NCBI GenBank assembly: GCA_951406725.2
Contig: OX597822.1
Location: 57,536,001 to 57,600,000 of the forward strand
DNA from: Octopus vulgaris
Lineage: Eukaryota
DNA: 64,000 nucleotides
Direction: 5' to 3'
Both the position numbers and the translations under genes were made by a program. Within the stretch, counting starts at the first letter, position 1, and the number at the start of each line of letters is the position of its first letter. The notes beneath the pieces were generated by a model. It was given only the letters and a program-made list of their open reading frames with translations, did no database searches and was not told the origin of the DNA. This document shows, in pieces, positions 51,023 through 64,000 of this stretch.

Positions 51023-52778
51023 GCTTTTTAATATGAAGTCTTAAATATAACAGCTCAAAATATTGAGCTAAAGCGCAGAAATTAATTAGTCAGAAAGAGA
51101 ATAAATTGATGTCTAGAGGTTGAAACATTTCCAGATATTTTGCCTTTGACCAACGGGAAGCTGAAAAGAGAGAGCTGAGACCAAACTTGTGTGTACAAAT
51201 GGCGCGCTTTTTCGGCACCAGTTCAGAGCACTGAGTTTGAATGGTTGCACTATTAAAGTTACTAGAGAAGGACGGGGACCTATGACGACATAGGAAGGAA
51301 TATCAGCTAGATAAATTAAGATACGGGGCTAGAAAGAAAATAACAGTAAACCAATACACTCGATGAAGGGTGGTTTAGCTGTAGATAATCTAAATATTTG
51401 CTTTACAAATGCATTGTCTCTTGTCAAAGTTCACTAGTTAGATACTAAAATGAATACGATGTATACAAAAGAACAAAAAGAAAATAAGTACAAATAAAAT
51501 ATTAATATTAGATGCTGTTAATAACAAGAGACAGCTTCATTCAGGTGTACTTATTGATGTAGCCCAACATGCTAGAAATAGCAGCTATGCTCCTCGTTAA
51601 TGCATACATTCTGTTGCTAAAGTAACCCATAGAAATATAAAAAAAAACATTTTCAATATGACCTGAAAAATAAAGATAGGATAGTCATGGTTAGAGTGCC
51701 TTATATTATAAATCTGCTGGATCATAGCTGATATGAGGCTAAACAATAACAACGACAGAGTCATCCCTAACTAAGGATGAATACTATACGTAGTCACCAG
51801 GTCTGCAAGAAATATTTCATATTACTGAAATACTACTGATCATAGAAGTTTACGGGATGATAGAGGCTGACTAAGAGCTAAGCAACAGACCACTATTCTC
51901 TCTATTTCTAGCATATCGTTTGACCGTGCCGAGAGTTCCTTGTTGGTAGACGAGTTGGTATTTTCCATTTTGAAATAATTTTTATTTCAGACGCTAAACT
52001 ACAGGATAGCCTAAAATATATAGAAGATAGATTATATGTAAAAGTTTGAAAGCAAAAATTTTAATGATTGCCTTTTTTTGCTTGACTTTCAAAATGATAA
52101 AATTTAAAAAATATGAAATACAAGTACTTATAATGAAAAACAGACTCTTGCTAACTCTCTTAACAGGAAAATAATCATCGATTTTTATTTATTTATTTAT
52201 TTGTCACCAGAGACAGAAATTACGTTTAAAATATCGGACTGAACCTGGAAGTCCAACTAGAATTAGATAATCGGTGTGTTTGCATGTACATACATATACA
52301 TTATATATATATATGGTACTATTTAAGAAGAGTGATCCCTAATAAATATCTAACTATATATATATAGTTTCATATTTATTAGGACCAACAGATCAAGTAC
52401 GCAAATGTTTAATATTTAATTATGAGAGTGAAATCATTTACGTGTAAGAGCAATCAATGTTCACAATATCCAGTCGAAACTTGAACAAATTTCAGATTTT
52501 CATATATCTGTCTTATTGCCCCTTTATATAGTAATAAAGGCACCAAGGCGCCAGAATTTGTGAAAGAAAGGTTACATTTTCAAATTGATTCGTTAAAAAT
52601 AACTTTTTAAAAAATAATATCTCGAAAAAATATAATAATGTGAAATAAGAAGCAAATATTTAGAAGTTCAAGGTAAAATAATATATATAAAAGTTAGTGA
52701 TAATAATTAAAATAGAAGAGGAAAAAAAATCTCTTGTAAACAGGTTAAGGGAGGAGGAGGTGAAATGAAGAAGTCTAC

Positions 52779-52889
52779 CTCTTGAGTTAATCTCCAGCCT
52801 TGCATCGATGATGCTCCATACGTGAAATTCTTGCCTTGACCGTCACTTGAATGCTTCTCAGTGATCGGTGATGATAGATAAACACCCAT
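52779..52889 (-). CDS. PPM1G: PPM1G exon 1
   Basis: MGVYLSSPITEKHSSDGQGKNFTYGASSMQGWRLTQE, with an MGxxxS myristoylation-type start and the SMQGWR motif. GT donor at 52778. Confidence 0.96.
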
Positions 52890-53532
52890 GCTGACGCTGA
52901 GTTTCGAGTTGATGTGTTAATTGAAATGAATAATTACAGAACGGGGCCACGATAGTCTCCACACGTGCATTCTATTTCGCGGTTTAGAGTTAATTGTCAC
53001 GTGACCTTTCTACGAGCTGAAGATGAATTTGCACAATTTTGATTTTTTTAGCTTTCAAAAAAAAATTGAAAAATTAAAAAATATATATCAAAGAAATACT
53101 ACTTGGAAATTTAATATGTTCGTGTATTATTTCTTAAAATTATTTTCAAAATAATTTTTAATTGATAATTGACAAATTTTTCCTCTGTTAGACGAGCCAT
53201 AATTTTCTACCAATCACAGACAAACTTGGTCGTTGTATCATTCGACCAGACGCGATTGTCTCCCTTTAGGTGACGCAGTGCCCGAGACGTTAAAAAGTGA
53301 GAATAACGACGTTTTCTTTTTTTCTCTCGGATGGCTTGGTGGACTTAACACAACCTTGTTCTTCTTTCAAACAACTTTTGATTTGACTTCTTGATATATC
53401 AACTTATATTTATTGAATTTACAATTGCTTTTTTCATTGACTGGAAATTGAATTTATTGAGAGTGTGCCGGCAATCAACTACCAATTCTCTGTTTTGGTA
53501 GTGATAGTGGTGGTGGAGTCCGTGTTTTGTTG
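52890..53532. promoter_or_regulatory. Shared divergent promoter and 5' UTR region of PPM1G and NRBP
   Basis: 643 bp between the divergent ATGs. CACGTG 52962-52967, palindrome GTCACGTGAC 52996-53005, CCAAT 53210-53214, TGACG half-CRE 53271-53275. Confidence 0.7.
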
Positions 53533-53658
53533 ATGATGGCTGAGACTGAGGCAGAAAATCGACCGGATTTAAAAACGGACAGTGGTGATGAATCAGATGA
53601 TTTAAGTGAAGTTCTCGAAGAAAGTCCTTGCGGGAGGTGGCAGAAGCGTAGAGAAGAA
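53533..53658 (+). CDS. NRBP1: Nuclear receptor-binding protein (NRBP/MADM pseudokinase), first coding exon
   Basis: MMAETEAENRPDLKTDSGDESDDLSEVLEESPCGRWQKRREE matches the NRBP N-terminus (E-I/V-LEESPCGRWQKRREE). Phase-0 donor GAA|GTAAGT. The next exon was not found in the window. Confidence 0.92.
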
Positions 53659-56489
53659 GTAAGTATTCCATGTTGCAATGTTTTCTCGTCTCTGTCCCAT
53701 GTCATCTCTACACAGATAAGTCATACATATACTTGCATTAATGGATTAACACACACACAGTCTCTGTGTGCGCAAGGGAGCTTGTTTTACGTTTATTAAA
53801 CTATTCAAACTTCATTTTAATGCTTTGATCGCATATATCTATACAACATAGTCACTATTGTGAAATATCATTTAAAATTTGATTTGTTTACTGACAAATT
53901 CAATTTTTTTCGACGCTTCATATCTCACGACTAGACAAAATGTAATGGTATGTTCGTGAACCACCAACTATTATAAAATTTTGAGCTGGTTTTCGGGAGT
54001 TTCTTGTTTGACATCAATGAAATTGTTGTACTATGTTTTCCTGATAGGTAATTTCCCTCTGTCATCATACTTTTATAACTACATCACAATAAACACTATA
54101 TGTGTTTTATATCAGAACTCTGGTTATGTTATAACTAGACAACGAATCCAACCTTTAAATAAACTATATAAACGCATTTAACAAGCTAAAATGAGGGAGT
54201 CTTATGTTCTTCCGACCCGCTACGAAGAGTAGTCAAATATCTTTCAAATCACACCAGACCTTATTAAAAATACTTAATGAAGTCTTAGATATACTATGTT
54301 TGAAGAAAGATGGGATGGTCACAACAAGAATGCTTTTGATCAAGTCTGACGCATCATTATAATAAGCTAAATTGTTTACTACTGGTATCATATCGGGAAA
54401 TTTTTTACTGACAAGAGACGAGATTTATGTGAAATTATAAAGACTGAAAGGAGAGATGGAGAGAAAGTTCTATTAAAAATACATGTCATGTTAAGTATTT
54501 AATTTTATAGATGTTTGTTAACGGTGAAACTATGTACAGGACTCTCAATGATTCTGCGTAGATGTGTTTCAGTCAAGTTCTTTGGAATGTGTCATCAGAG
54601 ATGGAAAGGCTGTCCTGTACTCGACAGGTCTCTCTGATCGTATCTTTCATTGCCTGTGTTACTACTTCCACGTAGTTGTCTTTTTTTTTTTTCCATTAAT
54701 ACACGTTTGAGTTCAAATCTTACTTAGGGTCCATGCAGAGAAAAAACCAGTTATACGAGATCGAATCTATTGATTATACACCCACTCATTAGAAAGCTGT
54801 CGTTTATGCCTAGTCAGAAATGGCAGAGTCGGATAGAATGCCTCGCTGTATTTTGTTCCGACTCCTTGCGTTCTGAGTTCAAATCCCATTGAGGTCAACA
54901 TCGTCTTTCATCTTTTCGGAGTCGTTAAAAAAGATTTTACGAATCAGGAACGTCGGATCGGATTGTCTTGAGGTTTCTGTTGTGGATCCTTGCATTCTGA
55001 GTTCAAATCCGGCCATCGTCTGTTCGAGTGGTAAACTTAATCCGTCACAGTTTACCCCCAGTTACCACCTTGAGTATTTTTTAGCAGAGTTCATTCTGTT
55101 GCAGGTATTCGGGTCGTGTCTCCGATTAGAGGATATTTTCTTCTCACCAGGTTGTCATGGGCTCTTCTGAGTAAGAAAAAAATGTGTACGTTTTTATAAT
55201 GTTTAACAAGCATAATCTAAATTTCTAACATAAGCACAAACCTCAGTTTTATTTTATTTATTTATTTATTTATTTATTTATTGTTAACGTGGAGGGAGAG
55301 TCGTATGTAGTCGATCATATTGACTACGACTAATTTTATCGACCTCAAAAGGATGAAAGGCAAAGTCTACATCAGCGGGATTCGAAATATAATTTTGACT
55401 TAGTAACACTACACTAGACAGATAGATAGATTTCCATAGTTCTATATACAGTTTGGCAATTGTCTGAGGACAAGTTGGGCGAAGTGTACGTATAATTGTG
55501 TAAGTATTTTATAGAGCGTGTCTTACATGAAGTATATCTGAGGGTGGTCTCTGGCAAGATACAATTTCATGTGACAAGGCTGTATATATTCGTCACTCTT
55601 TCCACAAAACATAGTAGGTCCCCTTGCTGTTTTTGTTCTCGTTCCCTTCACCATTCGTGTGTGTGTGTGTGTACACATACCAATCCTACAAGTAAGAGTC
55701 GCTCGACTTGCTAGAAATAGCAGTCGTATGTCCTTCGAAATAACAACTTGCCCCTTTTTTTTTTTTTTTTTTTTCTGTGAAGGAAGGAAAGGCATATTGC
55801 AGAAGGTGAGGTGGTCCTAAATGCCTTATCTGTGTCTGAAAATAAGACTGGTTGGTTATGGCTGGAATGCTTTTGATCACAGGTCTATTGCTCTATCAGG
55901 CCTAACTTGAGGCTAAACAGTAATCGTACAAATACGCCTTAATTCTGTCACTGTAGTGAATAAGCAATATAGATTATAAGATGTTTCATTTAAGAACTGT
56001 GCAGTAATGGTACCGAAATTGATTAACGGTTCTGATTGTTCTCGCTTGTCAGCTGGAAATACACTTCAGCTGTTTGCTGCATTTTCGTTGGTTCTTTTCC
56101 TCGTTCAGTTATTTCAAATCACTCTTTGGGTTGGGCCAAACATGTGTGAAACTTAACAGCATCTCTCTCTCTCTCTCTCTCCTTCTCCCCTTCAATTCCC
56201 TTCCTTGCTTCCGTTTCATCATTCAATCTCAAGGCTACGTAGTGTTGTAAACACACACACACATTGACATTCTTCAAAGTCTTGTAGGTAGGACTCGCTT
56301 GATATTTAATTCCAGTCATATTTTAGAATTTTAAATGAAGTTTTAGGGTCACCTTGTAAATTCTTGTGTATCTCTTCAGTTTTTTTATACAAGAATCTTT
56401 TTTTTTTTTTTTTTATTTTGCAGTTTCTCCGAACTAATTCGCTTCGTGAATTGTTTTTGTTTTATGACAAGAAATTTGACCCTTCGTTT

Positions 56490-56525
<36 letters not shown>

Positions 56526-57488
56526 GCACACGGTTTCGAATGATAGATTCGCCACCCATATGTATTATTTGCTAAACCTAAACCCCTGTTTATAGCTCAA
56601 AATTTCCCATTGGAACCTTGTAACTTAATAAATCGCTAGGAGTTTCCTTTTAACTGTACTGACAGCACGAAATTTCTTGCTTTTCTTTTCTTTCTCGGGT
56701 GATATCTTTCAGAAATATATGCATTACCAACGGTTCGTTGTACATTATTTGAAAACCACGTTCCTTGTGCGTTGACGTCAGGAAGGGCAACTCAACCGTA
56801 GAATACTGTCTCACAAATAGTCGTCCAACCTATATCAGCATGGGAAAAGTGGGTGGAAATACGATCATACATGCATATATATATAATTTCGCTTAGGCAT
56901 TACGGGACTTATAATCTGGTGTAGGACTCAATATACATATGCTTCACAACGAAGCGTTAGTCGAGTACAGAGCGGTAATGGGAAAATGTGATGGCAAAGG
57001 AATAAACGATTATCTACTTATTAAATGAAAGATAAGCTTCTGAAACAGTTATGGATCTCCTGTCTGGGATTGATTAAATTGTAGTTTATGGTTTCTCAAA
57101 TAGAAAGATAGCACTAGAAACAGGGACACCGTGAAAGATGACCACCAGCTTAGTTGTTTCTGCTATAAGATGCAGTAGACTCATTGCTGAGTAACAACTT
57201 ATAGCTTCAAGGTGCTACTCAGGCATTCAACTATGAGTTCACTACATCTTATAGCAGAAACAACTGTAAGCTAATGAAGTTCATAAGATAATCGTTTATT
57301 CCTTCATCTCATTTTCTTAAACACACACACACATGGATGAGATGTGGAAGAGGCATAACTGTAGATTGGTACACCCCTCCCCGAATTTGTTTCCCCATAG
57401 CTTTCTGAAAAATGCATACACTTCAAGGAAATTTCGCTAGGAATATGTTTTTGATAGTTGTAGATTATGAAATGTGATGTTTCAAATA

Positions 57489-58696
57489 TCAGGTCATCCC
57501 ATAAGTTCTGTCCGATTTTACCTTTTTTTTAAATTGAATGAAATTTAATAGTATTTTAGAATGTCTAATGGAATTAGAAATTGTTTTTATACATTTGTGT
57601 ACATTTAAACTAATTAAATATCATTTTACAGAATAATAGAATTTAAATTTCTTTGATTAAAACCCTTTCTAACATGGAAGTATCCAAAGATCATTTGAGG
57701 CACATAATGCTTTATGAGTACAAAAAAGGAAACTCTGCTGCCGAAGCAACTCGAAACATACACTAAGTTTATGGGAAAGAATGCTTGAATGAAAGAACTT
57801 GCAGAAGATGGTTTGCAAAATTCAGAAGTGGAGAGTCCAGCCTTGAAGATGAAGATCGAACAGGACGTCCAGTTGAGTTTGATGATAAGCTCCTTGAGGC
57901 ATTACTTGAAGAAAATCCTGCATTATCAGTTGAAGAATTGGCAATAATGCTTAGTTCAAACCATACAACTGTTCATCATCATCTTCAACAACTTGGAAAG
58001 GTTCCTAAACTTAGAAAATGGGTGCCTCGTGAATTGTCCGAAAGCAACTGTAAATCCCTAGCTGACATCTGCTCTTCTCTCCATTCTTGTGAACTCCGTG
58101 ACAAAAAAAATGCATCTTCTATTGAAATGTTAAGTGTCGTAAACAGTGACTTAGTAAAAGGGGAAATACTCGACCACAACTGAGAAAGGAACTTCATGGG
58201 AAAAAGGTTCTTCTCTCTGTCTAGTGGGATTGCAATGGAGTAATTCATTTTGAATTGTTACCACCTAATGCAACAATCAATGCTCAAGTCAGCTTTAGTG
58301 ACTCGAAAAGGAGTGATGTTTCATCAGGATAATGCGCGACCCCACACTGCAAAGATCACATCACAGAAGATCGAAGAGCTTGGTTGGGAAAAAATTCCTC
58401 ATCCTCCTTATTCTCCTGACCTTGCTCCTTCAGACTACCATTTGTTTCGTAGCTTACAGAATCAATCGGGGGACATAACTTTCGCAAGCCAGGAGGTCAA
58501 AACTGACATTTCAGAGTTCTTCGCTTTGAAACCAAAAGAATTTTACATTGATGGGATTAAAAAGCTTGTAAATAGATGGGAGGAAATCATAGATAATCAA
58601 GGAAAGTATATTGATGATTAAATTTCAATTAAATATAACATTTGATCAATTGTTTTCTTTATTCAAAATTTAGACAGAACTTATGGGATGACCTGA
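57489..58696 (+). mobile_element. Mariner element (Hsmar1/cecropia-like), near full length, defective
   Basis: TA-flanked TIRs TCAGGTCATCCCATAAGTTCTGTC at both ends. Transposase 57674-58621 has WVPREL, HQDNARPH and YSPDLAPSDYHLF, with stops, frameshifts and loss of the first catalytic Asp region. Confidence 0.92.
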
Positions 58697-59789
58697 TATA
58701 AACATAATTCTGAAACAAAAAAATTAAAACTTCTAAAGTTACAGGATTTGGTGGTTTAAAAAAGGGTACTGTGGGTGGAGAACGGTCAGAAACTAAATTT
58801 TATCAACATCATAATGTGGATTCTTGTCAAATTTGTTCCAACCAGATTATTCTCAAAACATAGTTTTGATATAGTTTCGTATGCTGATGAAGGAAATTGC
58901 TTTATTATTTTTTTTTTTTGTGTTATTGTTGATGTACAAAGTTACAAGCAGTTGCAGGTTTATAATTTGGGCCAGTCAAACCCTCAATTGCTGATTGACC
59001 GTTTGTCCCTAGAGCTACCAGGGATAGCAGGCCTAAGCAATTTACACTTGTTGAGTGTTAATATCCCTTAAGTCAGTTATCTCAAATGTAACATTTTATG
59101 GGACTCATGATTCTTAAAACACTGGACCCCCGATCGATATTAAATGTACTTTCTCATATGGTAAAATTACTTTACAAGGTATTGTAGTGGAGAAAAAATA
59201 CCATCATTATTGAAACCAACACTACACTTCATACAATAACTATGTTAGTAACCAATTCTTTCATCACCTTTTTTTTCTTTTAAACTTCGTTTACAATTTT
59301 ATCATAAGAAAAATTGAAGTGCATATAATATTGATCTGTGAGGTCCAGTAAGTGTTTTAAGGATTGTAGGTTCGATAATAGGTTACATCCGTGGAGATAG
59401 ACTTTAATTTAGATGTAGTTTAAGGAAGATTTGGCTGCTATTTCTAGTGGGTCGAGAGACTATGTAAAGGTTTTGCATGTACTGTTCGCAGGGGGAGTCA
59501 CGACTTCTAGTATATTCGGAAGGAAAGCTTCGATTGGCTTAAATACTTGTAACTGTTTTATTATTAATTTCTTGGGAAAATGAATGCAATTTTCAACATC
59601 AGTATGCAAAACTGTATCAGCGATACATTTTTTGAAAATAACCTGGTGAAAATTTGAAATAATTCAAGTGGTTGCAAGAAATTTAAAAAGATCCCACAAT
59701 AGAAAACCACACCCTTGAAAATGTGTTTCTGGAAAGTAAGGAGTAGACAAATGGCTTAAGAACCATACTGTCAGTAAGTTGAGTCCATA

Positions 59790-60330
59790 TATTAACATGG
59801 TATTTCTCAATGTACAGTGAAAAATTTAACATACAAGCAGGAGTTCATCAAGATTCAGTTCTCAGTCCCCTCCTATTTATCATAGTCATTCAAACCATAA
59901 TGGAAGAAATTAAGACTTGATGATAACTTTGTTCTTTAACAAGTTATCTTTAATTAAAGATAACTTGTCAAAGACCTGAGTTCTGATAAGTTGGAAAACA
60001 TGACAGGACTCTTCTCACATTAGGTAACTGACCCAGGTCGATGTGTAGGGAAAGTGTAGGCAGGAAATCAATGCAGTGTATCCAGTACAAGCTATTAACA
60101 CACAAGGTGCAGTGGAATCACAGGGAGGTTCACAGAGAGAGTTATCTTTGTATGTGCAAATTGCACAGAAGCAATAGACACTAAGGACACATGGGAAATA
60201 GACTCGAAAATGCCTAAGAGATGCCCTTGAAGTAGTAGTTATTGTTACCTAGGTAACTTATTTAGCAGTGGAGGAAGATGTTCTGAAAGAATAGTTACTA
60301 GAATAAGAGTAGGATGGAGAAATTTCAGGA
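59790..60330 (+). mobile_element. Decayed RTE LINE reverse-transcriptase fragment
   Basis: GVHQDSVLSPLLFIIV (GVxQGSVLSPLLF motif) and a later YLG remnant. Confidence 0.65.
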
Positions 60331-60855
60331 CTATGTTGAGTCCACTGGCAGCTTCTGCATGGTTTCTTTGGCTGGATGCCCTTTTCTAATGCCAACCACT
60401 TTCCATGACATTCAACTGAGTATACTTGCTTTGTTCCTTTCTAGTTTTCACATGTCTTCAACATTCAGGGCTCACATCTCACAACCATGTAAGTATTACT
60501 GTTTGTACACAAACATAATACAGTCTGCCTGTCTCTCTAGGAGAAAGATCTTTTGTTACCAAGAAAATAGCTACTTGTGTGCACTAGAAATTGCACCAAA
60601 GCTGGCATTTGAGTTCAAGGAAGTCTTCTGCTTTGTCAACTCATTTTGGACCATCCAACCTATGCCAACTTGAAAAACAAACATAAATGATGATAATGAT
60701 GTGCATGTATACATCATCATTTAATTTCTGTTGTCCATGATTTGGACAGTTTGACCAGGGCTGGTAAGCTGAGGGACTGCACCAGACTCCAGTCTGATTT
60801 GGCATAGTTTCTACAGCTGGATATCTTTCCTAATGCCAATGCCCTTCCTACAAAT

Positions 60856-60887
<32 letters not shown>

Positions 60888-60902
60888 ATGTATATATATG
60901 TG

Positions 60903-60964
<62 letters not shown>

Positions 60965-61291
60965 ATATATGTGTGTGTGTGTTTTCATAATTTAATATCC
61001 ATGCTCTATGTGCTGGCATGGGTTGGATAGTTTGACAAGATCCTACATATCCAAGAATTGCTTCATGATTTATCTCTTCTGGCATAATTTCTATGACTGA
61101 ATACCCTTCCTAATGCCAACCACTTTACAACATAGACAGATCCTTTTTTTTTTATGCCACCTACACTATTGAGGTTGTCATTCAGCTTCATGCAGGTGGG
61201 TGGGGACAGCACATGTTCTTGTAGAGGATCCACATGGCTATTCACATCTAGTAGGGCAATGGGGAGAGAAAGAGAAATTAAGCAACAGGAG

Positions 61292-61730
61292 CTGCAAGAT
61301 ACATAACAGCAAAAATTTGGTTTACTTTTTAAAAGAAGAAAATAAGGAATTGTGGTCACACACATGCAACTACATACCACTCCTGCTGCTTGCCCCAGCC
61401 ACTCTCTTCAGCACCACTCTTATTTCCCCTACCTTATGGCTCCATAATGGTAATGAAGTATCTAGGTGGCTCTGCAAGGCAAGTTGATGAAACAGTTTGC
61501 AAGCTTGTTTGGAAAGGAGAATGACAGGGTGGGGAGACAAACTGCCAGAATGGGTTGGGTTGAAGGTGGGTGAGCAAGGAGCCATAAGTTAGGGGAAATA
61601 GAGTGGTGCTGAAGAGAGTGGGTGGGGTAAGCAGCAGGGGTGGTGTGTGATTGTATATATGTGTATGACCACAATTCCTTATTTTCTTCTTTTAAAAAGT
61701 AAACCAAAATTTGCTATTATGTATCTCCAG
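61292..61730. repeat. Foldback/MITE-like element, ~150-bp arms with ~134-nt spacer
   Basis: 61292-61443 is an imperfect reverse complement of 61578-61730. ORFs 61200+ and 61462- share LVYFLKEENKELWS for this reason. Confidence 0.88.
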
Positions 61731-64000
61731 GTAAAACCCTGCCATCAAACACATTCAAACCATTGTTCACCTTCTCTTTGTATTTCACATCACTTTTTTT
61801 TTAAAAAGAAACAAAAAAAAACAGTAGAGTGTGATTTGTGGCAGATTTGGCTGCTAATTTTGACAGGTCAAGTGACATAGAGGTTCAGTAGTTAACTTGT
61901 ATAAAAGCTAATTTCCTCTATAATGCAGTGGATGGTATTTGATTCTATTTAAACAGCTTCAGTTAATGTATTATTACTGGAAAATTTTCTGACATGAAAA
62001 ATGAGAAACTGTTTAATGATGTCAGGTGAAGGAGCTGTTTTGGCAACAGATTGTCATGAAAAGCTGAAGCGTTGGTTTATTAGGCATTCCAGTTATATAA
62101 TATGATCTTTGACATGTGCTTTGATTATAGATATCTCTGTTAACTGCTATGAAGATGATATGCAATTAACTTTTTTAAGTCATATGAGCCAATCCCTCAG
62201 CTAGTGATTTTTGTTTTAGAAAGTAAAATGCTAATCTCATCAGAAATGTGTTACTTTGCTTATTAAAATTCAATTACATTATCATTGCTGTCTTAATGTC
62301 TATTTTTCCATGCTTGCTTGTGTCAGATGGACTTTTGGTGAAGTAGATTTCCAAAGGAGGTAATATTTCCCCATGACCATACATGTCTCAGAAGATTGGA
62401 AACAAAGGGCATTGCTTGACGATCCCAAGTAAAAATGACAGTTACACACACACACACATGGCATGCTATTTTTCAGTTACTGTCTATCAAATTCACTCAC
62501 AAGGCTTTGGTTGACCTGGAGCTATAGTAGAAGACACCTGCCCAAGGTGCTATGCAGTGGGACTGAACCTGAAACCATATAGCAAACTTCCTAACTTACA
62601 GCTGCACCTGTGCCTGTTTTTACAAAATTTTAAACACCATCCTTATAGTGTACATACCTGTGGTTCGAGGGATCGCAAGTTCAAATCTCAGACCGGGCGA
62701 TGTGTGTGTTTATGAGTGAAACACCCAAGCTCCATGCAGCTCCAGCAGAAGGTGATGGCGAACCTCTGCTGACTCTTTCGCCACAAATTTCTCTCACTCT
62801 TTCCTCTTGCAGCTCACCTGTTATGGACCGGCATCCCGTCCAGGTGGGGAACCTATACGCCCAGGAAACTGGCCCTTATGAGCCTGACATGGCTCGAGAA
62901 GGAACAAACATATGCATATATGCACAAATACATTAGGATGTTACCTAACACTGCAGGTGTAAGAGCTGTTTTTATTGCATGTATAGAAATAGTCACATAT
63001 TTTGAAGTCCTTAAACATCCACTTTTCTATGCTTGCATGGGTCAGATGGAATTTTTTGAAGCATATTTTCTATGGCCAGATGTCCTTCCTGTCACCAACT
63101 CCTACCTGTTTCCAAGACAAGCAATATTTTCCTGTAACTAGACATGTTTTCCATAGACGACTGGAAAGGAATACTCTAGTTTATACACTGATGATGCTCA
63201 TTTACAACCATCATGTAATGTCAAGACGAGGTTGCACACAAACATATATATATACACACACACACACTCACATGTACATATATATATATGATGGGCTTCT
63301 TTCAGTTTCCATCTATCAAATCCATTCACAGGCTATAGAAGAAAACACTTGCCCAAGGTGCCTTGCTGTGGGACCAAACCCAAGACAATATGGTTGGGAA
63401 ACAAGCTTCTTAACCATACAGCCATGCTTACATCTATATCCATAACTAAAAAAATGTTGTACATATACAACTATCAGCTTCTTGCTACTCCCTTTGTCCC
63501 CAGTACTCATATGAAATTTTCCATTGCATCCCATGGATGCTACTGCCCACTTGAGAAGCATTAACCTCTATGCTTTGTCTTCAAAAAGTTAAGTTATATC
63601 CCACTTAGCATGACAGTGTTGAAACCTTCTGTAAATAATGTAAGGTACTTCAGATTTAATTGGTGTTTTTCTATTGTTAATCTTTAAAATTGTTTCCTTT
63701 GATATGAAGGTGGGTATTTGATGATGACTGCTGTTTCTCAGCTCACAACTGCAGAGATATTTTTAGGCCTGGTATGTTACTGAAAATGTAGCAGACAGTG
63801 CAACTGAAGAATCGAAGCCATTTCCATTTGATAACTGAATAGGTAATGCTAAGAGAAGGTCTTACCATCAGTATTAAGTCTGCTACAACACTGGTTTGAA
63901 TCCTGCTTATGAACAGTTGTAAAGGATAAGTCCCTAACAAGTTGTGAAAACAACTGAATATGAAAGCCCATCCAACTCAGTGTACCATGGAGATACGTGT

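Noticed and set aside
51190-51215. CAAATGGCGCG as a YY1-type promoter of a nested transcript
   Set aside because: It is an imperfect single motif with no supporting exon or ORF.
58881-58900. CTGATGA as another hammerhead core (also at ~26002)
   Set aside because: No downstream helix II, GAAA box or helix I partner could be found.
927-63940. Most short ORFs in the six-frame track (for example YIYIYI, CVCVCV, FFFF-rich and SINE-derived ORFs)
   Set aside because: They are translations of microsatellites, pyrimidine tracts or multi-copy SINE/LINE UTRs, many with non-ATG starts, and show no protein-family motifs.
53659-64000. Second coding exon of NRBP
   Set aside because: No segment encoding the expected V.QR.VPGID.AYLAMD continuation was seen, so it probably lies beyond the window.

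Overview
AT-rich, microsatellite- and repeat-dense eukaryotic DNA with spliceosomal introns. The repeat landscape suggests a coleoid cephalopod, probably Octopus (inference from recalled repeat families). Three host genes are present. (1) The last two coding exons of an EB1-family gene (MAPRE, + strand, ending in EEY). (2) A complete 10-exon PP2C-gamma gene (PPM1G, - strand, 52889 to 17931; all exon phases join into a 1944-nt CDS, 647 aa). (3) The first coding exon of an NRBP pseudokinase (+ strand, from 53533), head-to-head with PPM1G. Introns hold decayed mariner, maT-like, DD41D and piggyBac elements, TTAA MITEs, a non-autonomous Helitron, RTE-LINE 3' ends and tRNA-derived SINEs. The best leads are at RNA level: a ~300-bp inverted repeat in the last MAPRE intron that brackets a candidate alternative terminal exon ending in EY; an in-frame 81-nt cassette exon in PPM1G intron 3; two Penelope-type hammerhead-ribozyme motifs, one masked inside an 89-bp foldback; further long intronic hairpins; a ~1.03-kb tandem duplication; and apparent MAPRE-PPM1G-NRBP linkage shared with human 2p23.3. 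All analysis was by eye, and repeat boundaries are approximate.
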